Assembly (NCBI GenBank): GCA_000002445.1
Contig: CH464491.1
Location: 1,088,001 to 1,152,000 of the forward strand
DNA from: Trypanosoma brucei
Taxonomy: Eukaryota
Reading direction: 5' to 3'
Length of the DNA: 64,000 nt
The notes under the pieces were generated by a model, which was not told where the DNA came from, ran no database searches, and worked only from the letters and a program-made list of their open reading frames with translations. The position numbers and the translations under genes are program-made. Positions 1-9,822 of this stretch are shown here, piece by piece (position 1 is the first letter of the stretch; each line of letters starts with the position of its first letter).

Positions 1-695
1 AAATTTGACAGTTCCTTTTTTATTTTGATGATTTTCATTCTTCCGCTAATGATGGTGGGTGCAGCCGTTTGGTACGGTACAGTTTTTCTTTTTCGTTTTT
101 TTTATTTCATGTATTTCCATCCCTTTTCCCCTTTTACACACATCCTTTTCTTTTTGTATTGCAATTGCACACATTTTGTTTCGTTTCATACTGGCGGCCG
201 CAAGCACCCGCATGAGTACAGAAAAAAAAAAAAGACATATGTGGATGGGGCGGATGAAAAAGAAACTTGTCTCATATTTTTCACACGCATTTTCTTACCG
301 TACGCATTGGTGAGAGTACACGTGTGTAAATTTATTGCCAGTGCGTAAGCAGTTGGTTGAAAGGAGATTTAAAAACAAAAAATGTTGGAGGTGGAAGGCG
401 CAAAGAGATATGTTCTTGTGTGAAGAAGGAAGGTTGGAAAGAACAACATGGTTGATCCCATGACATGTAAATACACGCATATAGTAATAATCAAAAATAA
501 AAAGAGGAAAAAAGAGGAAATGCAGCCACCTACGGTACATGAAGCACAGGGCGTATATGATAGTAAAACCAGAGACACCAGGCTGCACCCATCATTTTAA
601 GTGTTCTCATCTTTGCCTTTTTTTTTCTTTTGCATGGCTTTACATCGCTGAATGGACTTTACCTAAATGCGGGAAAGTGTATGTATGAATCTGTA

Positions 696-738
696 TAAAT
701 AAATAAATAAATATAAATAAATATATATATATATATAT
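696..738. repeat. (AAAT)n/(TA)n compound microsatellite
   Basis: The sequence reads ataaataaataaataaatataaataaatatatatatatatat. Confidence 0.9.
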
Positions 739-1610
739 TCGTGTGTGGGTGTGGGTAGGTGTGTGGGAGAGAAAGGAGGGGATTTCATGCGCATACATTT
801 ATATGTCTATGAAGTATGTGCGTGTGAAACAATTATTCCTTTGCTCCCTTTTTCTTCTTCTTCTTCTTTTGTCTTGTCTTCCTTTTTAATCGTTTGGGAA
901 GCTAAGATACGATTGAGCCATGATAAGAAAAAAAAATGAATAGATGAGGGGAATAGACAGTGTAATTGCAAAAAGAAAAAAAAAGCAGGGGAAAAGCCTT
1001 TCCCTCTGTTCAACTTTATTTTTCTCCCCGTCGTCGCACTCTTCTTTTTCATTTCTTCGATTTTTTTTTCCAAAAAAAAAAATCCCCTTCTCTCTCATTT
1101 GTGCACCCCTTTCTAATTTACGAGAGTAACGTTGGGGGAGAAAAAGCATGAAAAAAAAAGATACGTGGGATCTTTCAATAATAATTATTGAGGGTTGTTG
1201 TTGTTATTATTATCCGTATCATTATTTTTGTTATTGCTTTTCCCCCGTTTGTCTCCTTTTCGTCTTCGCCTTTGTTGTAATTTATATTTCCCACGGTTTG
1301 TTTGTAATTGTTTTTTTTCTTTTTTGCCATCCCTTTAATCAGAAGCACCCACAACACCTTACCCGAAGTTTGGTAGGGGGGAAAAAAATGAAGGGATGTC
1401 AAGGCATTTGGCACATTTCGTAGACGAGCAGGAAAAGTCAAATAAAATGAAAAGAAATGGGATGAAGTGAAGTAAGGATGAAATGCAGCGAAGTGGATAA
1501 AAGCGGAGAAAGGAATGCGGGGGGAGAGTGGGTGATGTTTAATATTCGAGAAATTTTCTTGAAAACATGTGTGAATGAGTTGAGTTGATTGAGACGTTTT
1601 GATGTTTTTG

Positions 1611-1645
1611 CTGCTGTTGTTATTGTTGTTGTTGTTGTTGTTGTG
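1611..1645. repeat. (GTT)n trinucleotide microsatellite
   Basis: The sequence reads ctgctgttgttattgttgttgttgttgttgttgtg. It produces an artefactual poly-N ORF on the minus strand. Confidence 0.9.
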
Positions 1646-2028
1646 TTTTGCTGTTGAATGTAAGTGACCACTGATTCGGAGTGCATACGGTTTTGGTCCT
1701 ACCTTATGCTTTGTGTTGTCATGTGCGTTTTTTTTTTTTTTTGGTACCCTCTTCCCAATGTGTATGTTAGCGCGTGTACGGGCTTGAGCCACGTGGCTTG
1801 AAGATTTCGCCATGTGTTTCCCTCCTATTATTGTTATTTATGGAACTGTTCTTTTCCCTTTATTCTGCTTTGCGTTTTGGTGGGAAAAAGAAGAGCACGC
1901 CACAAGGGAGAAACAGTGAAAAGCAGAAGGGGGAATACTCATAAGCAATCAGATACAAAGGGAAAGGGAAAAAGAAAGCATAAAGAATAGGAGCACAGTG
2001 AGGGAAAGAGCGGGGCGAATCATTCATC

Positions 2029-2817
2029 ATGATTCCTGCCCTTAATGGTGTTGTTACAAAAACTGTTCTTCTCGTGCGACCGCGCTACGCACAACAGTTG
2101 GAGCTCCGCGCCCTTACAAAATACAAATTACACGAGGCCGGTTTTATCATCGTTCGTGAAGAGTACCGTCGGGTGAATGAAGAGCTTGCTGATAAAATTG
2201 CCGTTCAGCTCGACCGCGCTGCCTTTCTTAGTGGCACGGCGGCTCCCGAAGAGGTGGAGGCAGTTAACGAGGGTGATAGTGCCACAAATGGCTCGCGGAT
2301 GTTCACACGCTCGCACGTTACAGTTGGCGCACAAGAACTTGTGGGGAATGCGTACTTATACGTCCTGGCCCATCGGGATTGCCACGCAGAGCTGCTTCGG
2401 TTCCTTGACCGCCTTTTTGCTGATGAGGATTACACAATGCTGTTGATGAGTATTAACGAAGAGGGAAAGGAGGCAGGTTCAGCAGCGGGGTCAGCGGCCA
2501 CTCAACAGCAGGGTGATTCGCGCGGCCCGTCTATTCAATGCCCGCTATTCTGCAATGTCACAAGTGTCGCAGCAAAACAAGTTGTTCAACTGCTATTTCC
2601 ACGTATGCTTGTCCACGATGTGCCGAACCGTACGGTAACGCGTGAGTATGTGCAGGCGGAGTTGAAGAACGCGTTGATGCCTGCGCTCGTTGAGCTGTCG
2701 AGAGCAAAACCAGAAAACCCCATCCGGTGGTTAGCTGAGCGATTGTTGAATACAAACGTGCGGGCTCCTCCACTAATATCCGCAGCTAACGGCGATACTG
2801 AGGTTACAGAACAGTAG
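2029..2817 (+). CDS. Nucleoside-diphosphate-kinase-like protein with C-terminal DPY-30 motif (NME5/RSP23-like, probably axonemal)
   Basis: The ATG at 2029 was verified in the sequence. The N-terminal half has an NDK-like fold signature (ALNGVVTKTVLLVRP...HEAGFIIVREEYRRVNEELADKIAVQ). The C-terminus (ELKNALMPALVELSRAKPENPIRWLAERLLN) matches the DPY-30/RIIa-like dimerisation motif seen in NME5 and radial-spoke NDKs. The canonical NxxHGSD catalytic histidine is not evident. Confidence 0.6.
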   Translation: MIPALNGVVTKTVLLVRPRYAQQLELRALTKYKLHEAGFIIVREEYRRVNEELADKIAVQLDRAAFLSGTAAPEEVEAVNEGDSATNGSRMFTRSHVTVGAQELVGNAYLYVLAHRDCHAELLRFLDRLFADEDYTMLLMSINEEGKEAGSAAGSAATQQQGDSRGPSIQCPLFCNVTSVAAKQVVQLLFPRMLVHDVPNRTVTREYVQAELKNALMPALVELSRAKPENPIRWLAERLLNTNVRAPPLISAANGDTEVTEQ

Positions 2818-3770
2818 AGGGCGGTTGCAAGTGCTTTCATGAATGAAAGGAATGCGTTACTTTTTGTTGTAAAATGTCCTCACACATTTGAGAGTGGGCA
2901 GACGATACGAAGATAGAGGTGGCGAGTGAAAGCAGTGCGACATTATGGTGGTGGCGAATTTTTGGTTGTGTATTATTGTGTTGCTTATGTATGTGGCGGC
3001 TGAAGGTACGAATGGTGAACCTTCGTAACACAATTCTTATGTTCTCTTGTTTCTGTCCCATGTGCTTTTTTGTTTTGTGATTTGTTCTCCATCATGTATA
3101 GTTGCACTAGATGACACATGTGAGGAAGTACAAGTGGAACTGGGATAAAAAAAATCTTTAAGGATTAGTTCTACGTAGGGTTGGCGAAATCCCTGCGAGT
3201 TGATGTTGTTTTTTTCCCTCATCATTGTTGCTTTCGTCTTGAGCGTATTTCAGTTGGGTTTTGACTTCTTTTCCTCCCCCTTTTGTGTTTATTTTTGTTT
3301 CTGCCCCAAGTAAGCTAACTTAAGGATGTGTTGGTGAAGGTCAGCCTCTGTTACTCGTTAAAGTGCGTGGGTGCGGTGCACTCATCTCAGATGACGAACA
3401 CGTAGCGATGGTAAATAGCTGAAGTGAGCGAACGCATGATAAAATGTCTATTTTTTGAGGTAAAAGCAAAAAAAAAAACAACAACAACTGTGGGGTTACA
3501 AGTGAGGGAAAGTTTTGGATGGTGTATTTGTCGTTCATCCTTCCCCATTTATATTTTTTGGCACCCTACAAATTCTCATGTGATGTGCTGTCACTGCTAC
3601 CCCCTCTCTTTTTCGTATGGGGTCGGAAGGAGGGTGGAACTGGAGAGTGAGTTGATTTCGCGTGTCGGAAGCGATTGCAAGACAGGCATGATTGTTATCG
3701 GCAACGCTGATGCGGAAATGAATGAGAATAACTATGATGTGGTGTGCATGTGTCGGCATATGAGCATATA

Positions 3771-3773
<3 letters not shown>

Positions 3774-3813
<40 letters not shown>
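3774..3813. repeat. (TA)n microsatellite, about 20 units
   Basis: A perfect run of alternating t and a, read directly from the sequence. Confidence 0.95.
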
Positions 3814-3816
<3 letters not shown>

Positions 3817-4137
3817 TGTTCCTCAGCGGGCCGCGCTTGCGCTGCTACAATTACTGTTGTGGTGTTTGTAGCCTTACCATGCGTGTAAGGTATACGGACG
3901 GTTAATTTTGGGTAAAAATAATGAAGCCGTGCATTTTGTTTGCAACTGGTTTTCGGTCGCTCTCGTCCATTAGCCGGTACTTCGCCTCTGGGAGGTGACC
4001 GAGGGCATCATTCGGTACTTTTAGTTACCATCAGGAGTGATCTGTCAGGAAGGCTGAGAAGAAAATTTCCCCCACTTTTCCCCGCCTAACTTTATCTACT
4101 CTCTACCATTTAATAATCGATGAAATGAAATCACAGC

Positions 4138-7100
4138 ATGACATGCATACAGGAAAACATTACAGGGCTGCTTTTCTTGTGTTGTTGCCTGTCACTTTCG
4201 CTATGGGTACTTTCGACTTGCAAAGCCCATGCTGATGGGGAAACCGCAGAGCCAAACACCAGCTGTTCGTATATGTTGATGCTCGATTGTCTTTTACATC
4301 CTGAGGCTACTGAGGTGGCGACCCGACGTCTGCAGAAAACAAATAGGTGGAAATGGTGGCGTAGTGGCCTTCCAAGTGGATCGGAAGTGCATGTGCATCC
4401 CCCTCCAGCGCCTTTTGGGACGTGGAATGACTTTCTGTTGATGGATGTTCGCTCTCCCCTTTGTGGTAAGTTGTCAGGGAATGTTATGGAGAGTGAAATA
4501 AGTGGGACCTCATTCGCTCTTCCTACCGTAGGGCGAGTTATTGTATTACGTGTCGTGGAAGATAGGTGGGTTCCAAAAGAATTTACGCGCACCCATTCGA
4601 TTGAGTCACGAGGCGACAAACTTTCCCGATGGCGGTACCCCCGTCAGTATTTGAGGCTACGAACGGCACTGAGGTGGAGCGGGTTGGGTGTTCGAGTGGC
4701 TGTACTCGACAATGGTGTTGATGCGGCGCTTTTACCACAACGGGATGTAGAGGGGATACCGAATTCTGCGGGGGAAAAAAGTGACTGGTCAGTTGCACTA
4801 TGCAGGAGTTTTGTGCCCGATGTGCCATGCGAGAACCGCCGTGATTCACATGGCACCTTCAGCGTGTCCGTTACAGCTGGCAACATTTCCTTGACTAGTA
4901 ACCTTCGCAGTAGCGAAGGGTTCGGCAATCAAACCACGTCCTTTACCGATGGGAGCACCGCAGAAGAAATGCCTGCAGTGAGTAAACATTACGTGGGCGT
5001 GGCCCCTGGTTCTACTGTTGGTATGTTTCGTGTGTTCGACGATGCTCGGGGCTCAAAGACATCGTGGCTGGTGTCTGCTTTGAACGATGTGTTGCAGTGG
5101 CGAGCCGATGTTGTGAGTTTGGCGTTTGGTGGCACTGATAATATGGACACCATTTTCACCGAGAAAATCCGTGTGTTGGCGATGTCAGGCGTCGTTGTCG
5201 TTGCGGCAGCTGGAAATGATGGTCCAACAATGGGAACAATTCACAACCCCGCTGACCAGGCGGAGGTATTGGCGGTTGGCTCCCTTGGAACGGTTAATTG
5301 CCACATCGTTGCGAACGCTATGACTGCGCACCCCGGCCACGATGATAGAGAGGGAAACTGCACAGACAGTCGTGACCAGCGGTGGGTCTCGCAGTTTTCC
5401 GGCAGGGGTCCGTCTACGGTGGAATTCCCATTCGGCGCTGGTCGGGTACGGCCGGATATTTTGGCGCTTGGAGAACATGTGGTTGGTGTAGGGCGTGTGA
5501 TGGAGAAGTTTGGTATGAGTGGTGAGGAGAGGGTGCTGGGGCTGCAGGTATCTCACGGCACAAGTGTTGCAACGGCACTTGTAGCTGGGGTTGCTGCGTT
5601 GTGCATAGAAGCACTACGGACTCTGGGTGACGGGACACGCGTTAACGTCGCACTTGTGAAGGGACTTCTAATTGAGACGGCTGTGGAGCTGGTTCCTAAC
5701 ACTGAGAGCCTTAACTCTGTTGAAAGGGTTCTGATGCAGGAAAGGAAGAAGTACTCTTCACAGGGTGCTGGGAGCTGGTCAACCGAAGGAGATGCGTTCT
5801 TGAATGGGAAGCGACGGAGAACGCTCGATGGGGTCGATATGGTCCACACTCTATTTCACTACCGGAACGTACTTCAGTTCAGTCGTTTGAGCCAAGGCGG
5901 TGGGGAGGTGTGTCCCACATGCGCGCTCTCTCGAATCGAACAGAGGGCCCACGAATACGATCGACTACTGGAGGTTTTTGCGTTCCCCAAGGCTGTTGAT
6001 GCAACGGGCGACCATCACCTTCCACATGGTGGCAAAGGACCAGCCGCAGCAACATTAGGCCCCTGCCTGCTCAACTGGCCTTACTGCGAGCAGCCTTTGT
6101 TTCCCTCTGCAGCACCTATCGCGTTTAATTTAACCCTTCATAATGCTCGCTGTGAGTCCTCGCGGCTAAATCTCATTTCGCCAAACGTAACAATTTCAGG
6201 AGCCGAAGGTTTTTGCAGTATGAATCGCGTCTGTGAGCCAGGTTATCTTGGTGCCGAAATCGCACAGCAATTAGTGCTTGTGCGAGCTGATGCTTCCCTT
6301 GTTATGTCTGCCCACAGTGGATGGCTATCACTATTTGCCCTTTCACCTGCGAATGCCTCCACGACGCAAATACCACCACCTACGTCAGCGGCTGAATCCA
6401 ACTCTCCAGATTCTTTTGCTTTGGATAGGTACGATCTTATTACAGTGATTGGATCTGTAAGACTTGCCTACCTGTGCACGGCAAGCGGTGAACATCAGAA
6501 GGCGAATGCGGATGTCGATGAATCAGGGGGAGTTCGTTCGGTTACTGTGCCCTTTAAATTACCGGTTGTGCGGCGCCCCTCCCGACTTGAGCGTGTGGGT
6601 TTTGATATGAGTCATCAGTGGTTTTATCCTCCAGGTCAAGTACCTGATGATGATATCCGTCAAGAGAGACATGTACTTCACTACCGCCGCGGCAACGGGC
6701 GCCTTCGCGGCCATGCTGTGCGAAGTCGCTCGGGAGAAAAGCGGTGTGGTGCCTACGAATGTGAGAGTGATCATCTCTATACAAATATGGCACTGTTCTT
6801 CTTGTATCTTCGGCGGGTTCTTGGTTTATTTGTTGAGCAGCCACTGCTCACTTACCTACCATTCGGTGTTAGCAAGATTAACGGTGTTGGAGGGGTTAAT
6901 GCGAAGAGGGATGTAAAGAATGTTTCTGTAGCGGCGTTGAAGCGGTATTATGGGAACATAGGCACTCTCATACTGTTCGATCTGGAGTTACCGCTTTTGC
7001 GGATGGAGCGTACTCTTATTTCGGACGCAGTTCGTTACGAAAAACTACACTTACTAGTTGTGAGCGAATGGTTCAGCAGGAGCATAGCACGGGGAACCTC

Positions 7101-8601
7101 GTCTCATAGTTCAACCCCCGGTGGATCCTTATTTCCCTCCCTTAAAGGCAACCAGAACGTGAATTCCTCCTTTTGCGATGCTGATGAACCGAAGGTTAAG
7201 AGTAATGGGTGTCTACCAAAGGAACCTATGGTTTTGGACGGATCGTCACATGTGCCGTCGTTGAATGCCCTTCTCCGTGATGTTTCTCATGGAAAACTTC
7301 AACTGGACACAGAACACGTGGTTAGTGGCGAACTAGTTTTGGCAACCTGTCCACACCACTCGTACAAAATGCCTTCCAGTTTTTGGTCCATATCATCGTG
7401 GATTTCTTGGCTTTGGTTTGGAGGAGCGCAGCGCGCAGATGGTTGTGTGGACCGGCACTTGGGCGAGATTCAATCAGCAGGAGTGGTTCTCTGGCCCCCT
7501 ACTGGTGAAAGGAACAAACAAGGAGACGAGTCCCACAGCGAACTAGGCGGAGAACGTTCTAGTGCAGACTACAAACCTACAGCAGTTTGCAGTATTGCAA
7601 AAAATTGGGCCAGAGGTCTTTACTTTCTTAGCAAGTTGAAGGACAGCGGGGGCAACTTAAACTGCGACGACGCGACCAACGGTTGTGGTGATGGTACTAA
7701 ACAACGGGAAGTGGACGTTATGCACCCCGTGGGGCAATCTGCGTTTGTCCCCATTTTTGGTTTCGTCGGTTCAGGTGGTGACTGCTTGGGTGAAGATGGT
7801 TTGTTTGACAACGAGGGGTGCATGAAGGGAGCACCTGCCGCTGAATCCTTAAGGCACGCTGGTGGGCGTGTGGTCCTTTTTACTGATTCCAATAGTTTCA
7901 GTGATTTGCCACACAGCGCAGCCACACTGCATCGGCTGAACCTGTTAATCTATGACACGTCGAGGCTACTCTCTCGGTCGAGTACAGAAACTTCCTTTGC
8001 AATTGATATTTCTCATAAAATTGAGGCTATAGTGCGTGAAGAGAGTTTTCAACCCTCCCTCTCACTGGGCCTCATTGGCGACTTTGTGAGTTTCCTCCAC
8101 AATGGAGGGACAAAGAACTTTATGCAGGGCGTTGACTGTCGCCGTTCGGACGGTACGAGTCTGGGACATCATTGGAATGATATCTCGACCTCCGAAAAGG
8201 CAGAAAATGGCGGACGGGACGGTCTCCATGCTGCAAATGAGGAGGATAAGGCGAGTTTGCTTGCCCTTCGTTTATTTCAGGGTGCGCCGCAGCGGGTTGC
8301 GATAGCTGAGAGGGTTCGTGCCGTTTTAGTTGACTGGGAAGCGGCCATTGCCTCTGAAGCTGATTATGCTGAGACAGATGCGGTGATTACAGATGGAGAT
8401 TGTAATGGTTCATTTTTCGTTCAAACCGCGGATTCGAGGAAACTGTGGTCTAATTGTACGTACGGCGGTGAGGGAGTTAATATGATACTTTGGACGCACA
8501 TACTGGGTCTAACATTTACGACGTTAGTACTGTATGCGACCAATTGCCTCCGATGCCTGTTGGAGAACATGAAGGTTGTGGCAGTGGAACCATCTGAGTA
8601 G
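4138..8601 (+). CDS. Subtilisin-like serine peptidase (S8 family), type-I membrane-anchored, site-1-protease-like architecture
   Basis: ATG at 4138 verified. A signal-peptide-like N-terminus (LLFLCCCLSLSLWVLSTCKAHA) is present. The catalytic motifs are in D-H-N-S order: VAVLDNGVD, HGTFSVSVTAG, AAAGNDG, SHGTSVATALVAGVAAL. There is a roughly 1000-aa C-terminal extension ending in a hydrophobic TM segment (ILWTHILGLTFTTLVLYATNCL). Confidence 0.9.
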   Translation: MTCIQENITGLLFLCCCLSLSLWVLSTCKAHADGETAEPNTSCSYMLMLDCLLHPEATEVATRRLQKTNRWKWWRSGLPSGSEVHVHPPPAPFGTWNDFLLMDVRSPLCGKLSGNVMESEISGTSFALPTVGRVIVLRVVEDRWVPKEFTRTHSIESRGDKLSRWRYPRQYLRLRTALRWSGLGVRVAVLDNGVDAALLPQRDVEGIPNSAGEKSDWSVALCRSFVPDVPCENRRDSHGTFSVSVTAGNISLTSNLRSSEGFGNQTTSFTDGSTAEEMPAVSKHYVGVAPGSTVGMFRVFDDARGSKTSWLVSALNDVLQWRADVVSLAFGGTDNMDTIFTEKIRVLAMSGVVVVAAAGNDGPTMGTIHNPADQAEVLAVGSLGTVNCHIVANAMTAHPGHDDREGNCTDSRDQRWVSQFSGRGPSTVEFPFGAGRVRPDILALGEHVVGVGRVMEKFGMSGEERVLGLQVSHGTSVATALVAGVAALCIEALRTLGDGTRVNVALVKGLLIETAVELVPNTESLNSVERVLMQERKKYSSQGAGSWSTEGDAFLNGKRRRTLDGVDMVHTLFHYRNVLQFSRLSQGGGEVCPTCALSRIEQRAHEYDRLLEVFAFPKAVDATGDHHLPHGGKGPAAATLGPCLLNWPYCEQPLFPSAAPIAFNLTLHNARCESSRLNLISPNVTISGAEGFCSMNRVCEPGYLGAEIAQQLVLVRADASLVMSAHSGWLSLFALSPANASTTQIPPPTSAAESNSPDSFALDRYDLITVIGSVRLAYLCTASGEHQKANADVDESGGVRSVTVPFKLPVVRRPSRLERVGFDMSHQWFYPPGQVPDDDIRQERHVLHYRRGNGRLRGHAVRSRSGEKRCGAYECESDHLYTNMALFFLYLRRVLGLFVEQPLLTYLPFGVSKINGVGGVNAKRDVKNVSVAALKRYYGNIGTLILFDLELPLLRMERTLISDAVRYEKLHLLVVSEWFSRSIARGTSSHSSTPGGSLFPSLKGNQNVNSSFCDADEPKVKSNGCLPKEPMVLDGSSHVPSLNALLRDVSHGKLQLDTEHVVSGELVLATCPHHSYKMPSSFWSISSWISWLWFGGAQRADGCVDRHLGEIQSAGVVLWPPTGERNKQGDESHSELGGERSSADYKPTAVCSIAKNWARGLYFLSKLKDSGGNLNCDDATNGCGDGTKQREVDVMHPVGQSAFVPIFGFVGSGGDCLGEDGLFDNEGCMKGAPAAESLRHAGGRVVLFTDSNSFSDLPHSAATLHRLNLLIYDTSRLLSRSSTETSFAIDISHKIEAIVREESFQPSLSLGLIGDFVSFLHNGGTKNFMQGVDCRRSDGTSLGHHWNDISTSEKAENGGRDGLHAANEEDKASLLALRLFQGAPQRVAIAERVRAVLVDWEAAIASEADYAETDAVITDGDCNGSFFVQTADSRKLWSNCTYGGEGVNMILWTHILGLTFTTLVLYATNCLRCLLENMKVVAVEPSE

Positions 8602-8943
8602 CGCATTGTATGGCGAGCGGACGCATAATGAGAGGATGGGAGGCGAACCGTGCTCTAAATTCTGCATACCTTGTTTCAGGCACATATATATATATATATT
8701 ATTTTTAAAAAATTAATGACGTGTCATTGCATGCATGCACCGTTTCATACTGATGAACTTATGTACACCCATAACTGTTGGTTGCCTCTCCACTTTTCTT
8801 AGGTACTATTTGACTGAATCAAGGTAATTCTGTGGCCTCTCTCTTTTTGTGTTGCGAAGGCATTCGGCTATTGTTCAGCTCGCAACTGACTTCTTGTTGA
8901 GGACCACAGTAGCGCACATTCACTGAAGTTGTACGGCATCACG

Positions 8944-9822
8944 ATGAAAGCCAGGCGGGCTGCTCGCGGCTCACTAAAGGAGCCTAAGCAAATTCCTTAC
9001 ACAAAATCCTCACCATTTGTAGCTTCTGCTCAGGCACGAGGTGCCGGTAACTTACTATGGAAGAAACCAATGGCTTTCCTGTCACGTATGGTTTCGGTGG
9101 TGATGGAAAAGGTTCGATCGTCACCGAGTAAGCATCTCAAATACGGCGATATTTTGCGCGACATTCCCTTCCATGTGCACAACCGCATTATCAGTTACTT
9201 CTCGACGCATCCAACCCTTTGCGTAGAGGTGTTTGGTGTTTCCCACGGGCAGTGTATCCGCTTCACCCATGGGCCGTGGGCTAGACAAACAGCAATTGTT
9301 ATTGGTGTGCGGGGCGGGAAGCTTTGGGTGCTGGACAAAGATGGCCCTGTGATGGCCCGACCCTTGTTTACAATAGAGCAACATGACTGGGAAAAGCTTT
9401 TGCCGGATGAGGAGCTGCTGAAGCGACTCAAAGAGGGACTAGAAGTGGCGCGACGAGGTGCAGAGCTGGACTATGATCCCGAGCAGCGGGAGTTTCTGCA
9501 GAAGGCGCCTGATTTATTTGTAGAAGTGGTTGATGACGACATGGATTATGCAAACGCTGGCTCCTCGGCAGCATTGAGCAGCCGAGGTAGCTGCGCCAAA
9601 ACCATTCGAAGTGAGCGGTATACCAGCAACGTAAACCCGGTTAGAGGCATGGACGATGGTATTTTTGAACTTCCTGAGCGGTCCCGAAAACGCGTGATTC
9701 TCGTTCCTCAGATTGCTCAAGTAACGGGAGACGCGGGATGGGCTGGTGAGGGTCTCGTCGTGGTGAATGGGGGTGGTGTGAGGTCTTTTACATCTTCCTT
9801 ATCCGCCTCGGTGCTTTTGTAA
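8944..9822 (+). CDS. Hypothetical protein (possible F-box-like segment GDILRDIPFHVHNRIISYF)
   Basis: Long ORF in the same orientation as its neighbours. The track start at 8929 is TTG, and the first in-frame ATG is at 8944. I recognise no confident domain. The F-box resemblance is weak. Confidence 0.4.
   Translation: MKARRAARGSLKEPKQIPYTKSSPFVASAQARGAGNLLWKKPMAFLSRMVSVVMEKVRSSPSKHLKYGDILRDIPFHVHNRIISYFSTHPTLCVEVFGVSHGQCIRFTHGPWARQTAIVIGVRGGKLWVLDKDGPVMARPLFTIEQHDWEKLLPDEELLKRLKEGLEVARRGAELDYDPEQREFLQKAPDLFVEVVDDDMDYANAGSSAALSSRGSCAKTIRSERYTSNVNPVRGMDDGIFELPERSRKRVILVPQIAQVTGDAGWAGEGLVVVNGGGVRSFTSSLSASVLL

Noticed and set aside
1175-1813. Minus-strand 212-aa ORF with a poly-Asn run
   Set aside because: This is a translation of the (GTT)n microsatellite and AT-rich spacer. 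It has no coding-like composition and lies on the strand opposite to the cluster.
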